This document shows positions 54,790 through 64,000 of a DNA stretch of 64,000 nt, one piece after another. The position numbers and the translations under genes were made by a program. Position 1 is the stretch's first letter. Every line of letters starts with the position of its first letter. The DNA comes from Octopus vulgaris (Eukaryota): assembly GCA_951406725.2 (NCBI GenBank), contig OX597823.1:26536001-26600000 (forward strand), given 5' to 3'. A model generated the notes under the pieces. The model did not search any database and had not been told where the DNA came from. It saw nothing but the letters and a program-made list of their open reading frames with translations.

Positions 54790-55419
54790 GTGTCTGCGTA
54801 TATGTTTGTGTGTCTGTGTTTTTCCCCTACCATCGCTTGACAACCGATGTTGGTGTGTTTACGTCACCGTAACTTAGCACTTCGGCAAAAGAGACCGATA
54901 AGATATATATATGTATATTTGTGTGTGTGTGTGTGTTCAAGCAAAATCTTTTTATGCATTTGAGAAGGTGCTGATATTTCTGATTCATAAAGCAATAACT
55001 AAACAAAACTGCAACCTTATAACGTGATCCGACTCGATAAAAGCTCTTCATTTTTCAAATGGCTGTGACATGAGAAGCACATTACAAGAACTACTTCAAG
55101 TGAAGGACTGAATTTGATGTTATTTTACTAAGAGTAAGAGGTACAAGGATGACAGTGTACAATACTTCCAAAAGGAATGTGGGGCAACGTGGGTTTGTAG
55201 CTACATGAAGTCGTACCAAGGTGGTATGATAGTTGGGAAGACAAGTAGAGCGGTGACTGACAAACTGTAAAAAGAAGCAAAGAGTATATTATAATGCATA
55301 TGGTTGATCGATGTGGAAGGAGAATCGAGCTGAGAACGGAGATCAAATATTAAAACAAAATAGTCGCTGCATGTTTGGTGTATTAAAGCTGCCCTGTCCT
55401 TGCGTGATTGGCTGCATAT

Positions 55420-55632
55420 ACTCTTTTACCCTTTTACTTGTTTCAGTCATTTGACTGCGGCCATGCTGGAGCACCGCCTTTAGTCGAGCAAATCGACCCC
55501 GGGACTTATTCTTTGTAAGCCCAGTACTTATTCTATCGGTCTCTTTTTGCCGAACCGCTAAGTGACGGGGACGTAAACACACCAGCATCGATTGTCAAGC
55601 AATGCTAGGAGGACAAACACAGACACAAAAAA

Positions 55633-55703
<71 letters not shown>

Positions 55704-55868
55704 CGACAGGCTTCTTTCAGTTTCCGTCTACCAAATCCACTCACAAGGCATTGGTCGGCCCGGGGCTATAGCAGAAGACGCTTGCCCAAGATGCTACGCA
55801 GTGGGACTGAACCCGGAATCATGAGGTTGGTTAGTAAACTACTTACCACACAGCCACTCCTGCGCCTA
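55420..55868 (-). mobile_element. SINE family 1, full length
   Basis: Head-to-tail match with the other copies. Confidence 0.9.
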
Positions 55869-57069
55869 TATATGTAGATTCAGAATAGATATCAATCGCA
55901 TTGATATCATCAGGATTAGCGAAGCTTTTGGGCGCTTCACATTCCTCATTACGAACCATTAACGTTAAAATTCATAATCTTGACAAAGAAGTCGTTGAGT
56001 TCCAAGCAGTGAACCATTTGAACTCCACTGCAGCACATCATTTTAGCTTTCTATGGTAAATAATATCAAATGTATTGTGTTCGACTTTATTACAACGTCT
56101 TGTTAGGAATATTTCACCAATATTCTTGTATTGGAAGAATGCATATATTCAAGAACCGAAGTATTTATCCTTGGGTGTTGTATAATATTTTAGCAGTAAT
56201 GTTATATCGCAAAAGAAACTAATATCTTTATGTGATTTTAAGCTGCCGAATCGTATATGTAATATATTTCAAAGAAATGGGCAATATATTCTATAGAAAT
56301 ATGGCATAATCGACATATTCAATCCTATTTTGTAGTAAAATAGGCGTCACTGCATATATTTTTCAATATATTTAATAGCTTATGCTAGAATTTGCATTGT
56401 AAATGCATAACCTTGAAGACAAGGTGTGATGGGATGTAAGGGCTGAGTTTAAAAGACGACAACCTTTTCGCCGATTTATTCATTTGTATGCATGTATGTA
56501 TGTATGTATGTATGTATGTATGTATTTATGTATGTATATATGTATGTATGTATGTATGTATCTATTTATGTATGTATGTATGTATGTATGTATGTATGTA
56601 TGTATTTATGTATGTATGTATGTATGTATGTATGTATTTATGCATGTATGTATTTATGTATGTATGTATGTATGTATGTATGTATTTATGCATGTATGTA
56701 TTTATGTATGTATGTATGTATGTATGTATGCATGCATGCAAGCAAGCATGCATGCATGTATGTACGTATGTATGTATGTATGTATGTATGTATGTATGTA
56801 TGTATGTATGTATGTATGTATGCGTGCATGCATGTATATATGTATGTATGTATGTATGTATGTACGTATGTACGTATGTATGTATGTTTTGCACACACAC
56901 AAACACATGGCGCAGATGTGGCTTTGGCAAGAAGGTTGCATCCCAACCGCATTACTCCGGGTTCAGTCTTACCGCGTAGCACCTTGAGTAAGTATCTTCT
57001 TTTATAAAGTTAATTTTCTCCGGCCACCTGCATGGTAGCAATGTTGTGAAGAAAAGAATCTTGTTTTGT

Positions 57070-57870
57070 TCATCATCCTTTAATCCTTCGGATGATCTTG
57101 CAGATTTTTATTGTCCCAGATATCGCGATCATTTCTAGTTTATAAATTACGGAGTTGTGTTCTCTATCCAAGAACCCAATTTCAGCCACATTTTGCCCCT
57201 GACGGGTTGACATGTAGCATGTTGTTCTAAAGATAATATGTATGAAGCTGAAAATGCATCTTAGGTATTGGATTTGCACACGCCTCATCAATGGTATATG
57301 TATATTCTATTTCTCTTGTATTTTTCTAACTGAATTTGTGACCAGAGGGCAGCTGATTTCCACAATAGCGCGTATGTTTTACTCGAGGTCCTCTGGGCGG
57401 TTGTGTTTCAATTTCGTGGCCGTTTTAATTTTCAAGTTTCACCGATATTCTTTTGATCCACTGATCTCAACATACTCAACTTTATCGGAGTGTTTTTTTC
57501 TTTTGGTGATCCTGTTCCAGATTGTTCTCGCTACTGCATCATGCCTCATGGGAAGATAATATCTGGAAGACATTCTCTCGCAGATGGCAATAATGTAGAT
57601 GATGTCTTCAGCTTTGGGATGGCAATAATGTGGATGATGTCTTCAGCTTTGGTCTTGCACAGTCTGCATTTTTTGTCTATTAGTGTTTTCAACCTTTTAA
57701 TCTGTTGGTACTCGGTAGGGGCCTCTTGTTCTTGGATTGCTTGGTGGTAACCTTCAAAGTGTGATATCATAAACATATTAGTACTCCTTGCCAAGCTTTT
57801 CATATTATTTTCTCGAATCTTTCGGGCCAAGTATCCACGCAATATCCTTCCGGTGCACTGGCCCGATTTC
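57070..57870 (-). mobile_element. Old R4/Dong-like LINE remnant
   Basis: FEGYHQAIQEQE..DKKCRLCKTKAEDIIHII knuckle region; heavily decayed. Confidence 0.6.
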
Positions 57871-58284
57871 AATTTTATGCATGTGTATATATGTATATAT
57901 GTATTTTCGTATGTATGTATTTGTATCAAACCTCTAGCTACCTAATTAATATCTTTAATGTCGACATAGAAATCAAAAGATAAAGCCAACTGTGTATCGT
58001 TATCACTGCAAATAATTACATAACTCACTGCGAAATATTGTCGTTACTTCCTATAGTCACAGCGTGAGGCAAATTGCCATCGTTGTAGATTGCGGTGAAA
58101 TACTGTCATCATTATATATTTATATCAATTATGTGAACCTTCTGTGAAATATAGCTATCACTGCAAATAACCACACAATGTAATATATTGCCATCACTGT
58201 AAATTACGGTGAAATACTATCATCACTGTAATAATTATACGAACCTTCCGTGAAATATTGTTTCAATTCATAGATAACGCAATC

Positions 58285-59120
58285 CCTCCTCCTCTCCTCC
58301 TCCTCCCCCTCCTCCCCCTCCTCGATCTCCTCGATCTCCTCTTCCTCCTCCCCCTCCTCGATCTCCTCCTCCTCCTCCTCCTTCTCCTCCTCCTCGTCTT
58401 CTTCTTCATCATCATCCTCGTCCTCATCATCTTCTTTCTTTTCTCTTCCACCTCGTCTTTTTCCTCCCACTCCTTTCCACCTCCTCCTCCTCTCCCTGCC
58501 TCATATCCTCCTTCACCTCCTTCCCCTCCTCCCCTCCTCCCCTCCCCCTCCCCGCTCCCCATCCTCCCCTTCGACACACCTCCTCCAACCTCCCTTCCTC
58601 CTTTCCCCTTCCTCTTCCTCTTCTTCTTCCTCCCCTCCTTCTCCTCCTCCTCTTCCTCTTCTTCTTCCTCCACCTCTCCTCCTCCTCTTCTTCTTCTTCT
58701 TCCTCCTCCTCCACCTCTCCTCATTCTCCCCTCTTTTTCTTCTTCTCCTCCTCCTCCTCCTCCTCCTCCTCATCATCATCATCCCCTCCCCTCCCCTCCT
58801 CTCCTCCTCCACTTGTTCCTCCTGATCCACCTCTCCTCCCTCTCCCCCTCTTCTTTTCCTCCTCTCCTCTCCTCCCCCTCCTCCCTTCCCTCCCCTCTCC
58901 TCCTCCTCTCCTCCTCCTCTCCTCCTCCACTTGTTCCTCCTCCTCCACTTGTTCCTCCTCCTCCACTTGTTCCTCCTCCTCCACTTTTCCTCCTCCTCAT
59001 GTTCGTCCGCCTCTTCCTCCACTTCTTCCCTTCCCATCCCCTTCCTCCGCCTCCTCTTCTTCTTCTTCCTCATATCGTCGTTGTCATCATCATCATCATC
59101 ATCATCATCATCGTCGTCGT
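58285..59120. repeat. Polypyrimidine/polypurine (CCT/CTT)-rich low-complexity tract
   Basis: Read directly. Confidence 0.95.
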
Positions 59121-59622
59121 CAACAGCAGCAATAACATATACTTCATAACTCCTCCCATGCCATCAGATTGTTCCTGATGTCAAATGATTACCAACGGAC
59201 GGCAATCATCCAAGAAAAACGGGGCAGCTACCACCATTGCTACTACTTGCTGTCAGAAGGTGTGTGAATTATTTGTCTAACTAAATCCACAACACAGACT
59301 CTTAATTAACTGATTGAAAGTATTTGAAATCGCTATTTAATTGTGAAGATTTGCGATATTGTATCGGGAAAAATTATAAATTGCCTAATGAAGTGGTAGT
59401 TTATGTTTAATTAGTGTTGGCGGCTAATATCTGTATTATTAATGAGGTCTATAGATTTACGTAAGCGCATATCCTTCTCTCAAGTATTCTGTATTTGTCT
59501 GCAATACCGAACCCTGACATAAACAATGGCTTACGTTTCTTAGGGGACGCACTGGAAGTTTTCTTCATGTCTCTTGGTATCTGAAATTGTGTTCTCTACT
59601 TAGCGAAAATAATATTAGCTAG

Positions 59623-60022
59623 TGGTGGCTGTGTGGTAAGTAGCTTGCTTACCAGCCACATGGTTCCGGGTTCAGTCCCACCGCGTGGCATCTTAGGCAA
59701 GTGTCTTCTGCTATAGCCTCGGGCCGACCAATACCTTGTGAGTGGATTTGGTAGACGGAAACTGAAAGAAGCCTGTCGTATATATGTATATATATGTGTG
59801 TGAATATGTTTGTGTGTCTGTGTTTGTCCCCCTAGCATTGCTTGACAACCGATGCTGGTGTGTTTACGTCCCCGTCACTTAGCGGTTCGGCAAAAGAGAC
59901 CGATAGAATAAGTACTGGGCTTACAAAGAATAAGTCCCGGGGTTGATTTGCTCGACTAAAGGCGGTGCTCCAGCATGGCCGCAGTCAAATGACTGAAACA
60001 AGAGTAAAAGAGTAAAGAGAGT
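59623..60022 (+). mobile_element. SINE family 1
   Basis: Head-to-tail match, ending in gagtaaaa repeats. Confidence 0.9.
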
Positions 60023-60060
60023 AGTGATTAATTATCGTTTATTTCTAATCAGCTCATATA

Positions 60061-61302
60061 CGAGGGGTGTATGAAACGTTTTGAGCCTAACCTAGAAACG
60101 GGGCTGCTAGGTAGCTGAAACAATTTTTTTCTGGTAAGTACAGTCTTTTCAGTGTATTCAAGCTCATTTTCATGATACTGTTATTTTAATTTTTTGTTTG
60201 TTGCAGACTTTTAAATAAACAAGTGTTGAGGTTACATGGAAAATGGAGAAAACTGAGTATCGTGCTGTCATAAAGTACCTTCATTTGAAAGGCATGGCTC
60301 CATCAGAAATCCATGAAGATATGTTGAGATCCTTAACAGACAATGCTCCTTCATATGCAACAGTCAAACGCTGGGTAAATGAATTCCAGCATGGCAGGGA
60401 GAGTGTGGAAGATGATCCCAGACCAGGGAGACCTCCAACTGCAACCATCGAGGACAACGTTGACCTTGCTCTTGGTATGATAATGCAAGATCGTCGAATA
60501 TCATGTCATCAGATAGCCGAGAGACTGGGCATCTCAGCTGAAAGAGCAGACAACAATGTAACAAAAGAACTTGGGTTCTCAAAGGTTTCTGCAAGGTGGG
60601 TCCCTCGCCTTTTGACTCCTGAACATAAATGCACTTTGTTCACGAGCAATCTAGAACTGTTTGAAACCAATGAAGAGAATTTTATTGCTTGTTTTATTAC
60701 TATAGACGAAAGTTGGGTTCATCACTACCAGCCTGAAACCAAAGAACAATCAAAGCAGTGGAAGCACACATCTTCTCCTACCCCAAAGAAGGCCAGGGTC
60801 ATTCCTTCAGCTGGCAAGGACATGGCGTCAGGTTTTTTCTGATTCTCAAGGTGTCTTGCTGATCGATTATCTTGGAAAGGGTCACACCATGACAGGACTG
60901 TATTATTCTCAGTTACTGAAACGCCTCCGGGAAGCTATCAAAGAAAAAAGGCCGGAGGAGTTCTTTTTCATCACGACAATGCTCCAGCCCACACCTCGTG
61001 ATTGTGGATATGAACTTGTTCTCCATCCACTTTATTCACCAGACTTAGCCCCCACTGACTTTCATCTATTCCCCAAAATGAAAAAAGCCCTGGCTGGTCG
61101 CCATTTTACCAATGATACAGATGCTGTAGGAAGTTTCTTGGAGTCTCAAACAAAAGAGTTCCTCTACGCCAGGATAATGGCACTTCAGTACCGCTGGAGA
61201 AAGTGTTCAGCCATCGAGGGGGACTATGTTGAAAAATAAATCATCAGAAGTCTTGTACTGTTTTGTATTTTTTGGGGCTCAAGACTTTTCATACACTCCT
61301 CG
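60061..61302 (+). mobile_element. mariner DNA transposon (irritans-like), decayed
   Basis: TIRs cgaggggtgtatgaaa / tttcatacactcctcg with TA flanks; WVPRLLT, TIDESW and YSPDLAPTDFHLF in split ORFs 60243-60842 and 60856-61239. Confidence 0.95.
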
Positions 61303-61350
61303 TAAGTTTACATTTTTTTAGTGTTCTATATACAAAACGTGTGAAGGCTA

Positions 61351-61448
<98 letters not shown>

Positions 61449-61497
61449 AAATAGAATAAGGCGCAGAAGTGGCGGTGTGGTAAGTAGCTTGCTTACC

Positions 61498-63436
61498 TCA
61501 TTGTGCATGAGCGAGACAGAATTGTGTTTGACACCGAAGCGGCAAGACGTGCTTTTGAAGACGTCTTAAATTGAAGACTTTTGAAACTTAGCAGCAAGGT
61601 AAGACTTTCTTCTGTCTTGTGAGAGCCTGTTGTAATTCGCGATTATTTTTAAAAACAAGAAGTCCTCACTAGACTGTAGTCTACCTGAGGTTGAGTGAAA
61701 ATATTTATTCACTTAATTGTGAAAATATTTATTCATTTAATTGTGAAAATTATTGGTTTGGTGGGCGTATACTGCCAAAAATTTTTTTGTCTGAAAATAG
61801 TGTTTCAACAATATTGTTCCTGTCAAGGAGTACCTAGAAGAAAATTGAAATGATTTTTAACTGTTTTACAATTGTGTTAAAATTTTGGTCTGGAGTACCA
61901 AGTAGCCTTTGCTGTATTTTGAACTGTTGCTCTCTATTTTTTAAAAAAACTCTTTATTGAACTGTTAATTTTTTTCTCTCCTTCCTTTTTGTTTGGACTT
62001 TTTTCCTCTTCCTTCTTTTTCTTTAATTATCTTATATTTTAACGACTGTATTTTTGAACTCTTTAAAAAAACAACAAAAAAAACATGGCAAATAACAATG
62101 AAAAGTTGGTGAAGTAGGAAATTACACCACCCAAAAAATGGTTAAAAGAACTTGAAAGTAAGACGGTGGTTTTGAGGACCTACTCTAGGACCCTCGACGC
62201 CATTGCCGTTTTCAGGAAAAAAGCTGGCAGAATTTAAGCCAGCGATTAAGTTTATCACTCGGGGGGGGGGGGGGTCAAATACGCAACCGTGTGGCCCAGA
62301 AGTGGCCCGTGAATTTGCAAGTCAGCCCCTGGAGGGCAATGAAATTTTCTTTCTTCCCACTTATTGTGGAAAGAGTCTGACGAGGGCTTGGGTTTGCGGC
62401 TAGCCACCCGGATTTCATTCCCAGTGGATAGGAGATACTATCAACCGGGGCCTGGGTGGCAGTACCACCAAGCTCCTCAGCGTAAATATTCTGCCTGCAG
62501 CTGACTGGGAGGGGTAAGTCGGAGACATGATGCCGGAGTGTCACGGAGCATCGTCGGTTGTGCCACCGGAGGGGGGAGACACCATTGGCGGGAATTGTGC
62601 CGCCAACGGTAAAATTGACCCCCTAGGACCCGGAATACGATGAACTGTTGATCTTCTTTTATAGAGGCGGAGAGGTGGAAAAGCTAGTGAAAGAACACTA
62701 CGAGGGAATACCTTTGGTCTTCACACAGGACCCAGAATGGCCTCCTTAGATTGCTGTGGAGGTCATAACGTTGCGCGTGTTTATAAAGCTGGAGGGACTA
62801 AAAGAGGAATATCGCTCGTGGCCGGGTGACGCCAACTCGGAGCCCGCCTTGATTTTAAAGGAAGCATGGGCTATGGGGGAGTACACGGACACAAGCGATG
62901 ATGAGGTGGAAAATTGACAAGAGGTTGAAAAGCCTCAGCGTTATAATGTGTAAGAGGGTCAGTAAATGTACTAGTGTTGATTGTATATTGAATATTTCAT
63001 TGTATGTTATTGCATGTTGTTGACTATTAAGTCCAATAATTGTAAGAACTGTAGTGAGAGGTTCAATACCTCGTTGAGGTGGAAAAATTGACAAGAGGTT
63101 GAAAAGCCTCAGCGTTATAATGTGTAAGAGGCTCAGCGCCTCATTTGTAAATGAACTAGCGTTGATTGTATATTGAATATTTTTTGCATATTAATATTTG
63201 TAATGGACTATAAAGTCCAATAATTGCAAAAACTGTTGTGAGAGGTTCAATTCCTCGTTTTGTTTATTCTGTTGAAAAAAGAAAAGAACAATGTCTTAGA
63301 GAAGCAGAAAATCGGCGGGCGTTTTTTGCCTTCTCTTATCAATAGCAACCTTATTTCATCATTCACCTCATCAATGTATATGTCCATCCCACAAGCTATT
63401 CTATGTAATGACTTTATGGCAAATTTCAATGAAATA
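61498..63436 (+). mobile_element. ORF1-only non-LTR element, copy C, inserted in a SINE head
   Basis: TSD aagtagcttgcttacc (61482-61497) and aagtagttacttacc (63437-63451); 5' end matches copy B and 3' end matches copy A; decayed ORF about 62085-62917; internal tandem duplication of about 170 bp at 62903-63258. Confidence 0.8.
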
Positions 63437-63820
63437 AAGTAGTTACTTACCAACCATATGATTCCGGGTTCATTCCCACTGCATGGCACCTTAGGCAAGT
63501 GTCTTCTACTATAGCCTCGGGCCGACCAAAACCTTGTGAGTGGATTTGGTAAACGGAGACTGAAAGAAGCCCGTCGTACATATATATATATGTATGTGTG
63601 TGTATATGTTTGTGTGTCTATGTTTGTCCCCCCAACATCACTTGACGACCGATGGTTGTGTGTTTACGTCCCTGTCACTTAGCGGTTCAGCAAAAGTGAC
63701 CGATAGAGTAAGTACTAGGCGTCCAAAGAATAAGTCCCGGGGTCGATGTGCTCGGCTAAAGGCGGTGCTCCATCATGGCCGCAGTCAAATGACTAAAACA
63801 AGTAAAAGAGTAAAGAGTAA
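63437..63820 (+). mobile_element. SINE family 1 body; its head lies at 61459-61497, split off by copy C
   Basis: Collinear with intact copies once 61498-63436 and one TSD copy are removed. Confidence 0.88.
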
Positions 63821-63849
63821 ACATCGTATGCATATTCATCCCTAAACAA

Positions 63850-63894
<45 letters not shown>

Positions 63895-64000
63895 AAAAAG
63901 GAGATGTGGAACACGAGTTGTGATATATATAAAAAAGGAAATGAAGAAAATGCTGACAAAATAATTTAAGTAAGAGAGAGTGTATTTAATTAGGTGAAAG

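Noticed and set aside
58204-59178. Pro/Ser-rich and Glu/Arg-rich ORFs of up to 306 aa
   Set aside because: Low-complexity CCT/GGA tract that is open in several frames on both strands, with no splice or domain evidence.

Overview
AT-rich, microsatellite-dense animal genomic DNA. The repeat families resemble those of an octopus or other coleoid cephalopod; this is an inference and no database search was run. One host gene is supported on the + strand: five phase-compatible exons (11679-11814, 17002-17174, 44154-44201, 45262-45409, 51128-51287) encode two 6-Cys SRCR domains joined by a Thr-rich linker. Its 5' end was not found. The rest is mostly mobile DNA: three tRNA-derived SINE families, a CR1-group LINE, R4/Dong-like LINE remnants, two decayed mariners, and many Penelope-like (PLE) insertions with inverted arms and minimal hammerhead ribozyme motifs. 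Two observations stand out. (1) An ORF1-only, roughly 2-kb non-LTR element has inserted three times at the same nucleotide of the SINE tRNA head. (2) A young PLE carries a hammerhead motif with a G3-C8 compensatory core swap. Most ORFs in the supplied track are microsatellite artefacts. Repeat boundaries are approximate and were read by eye.
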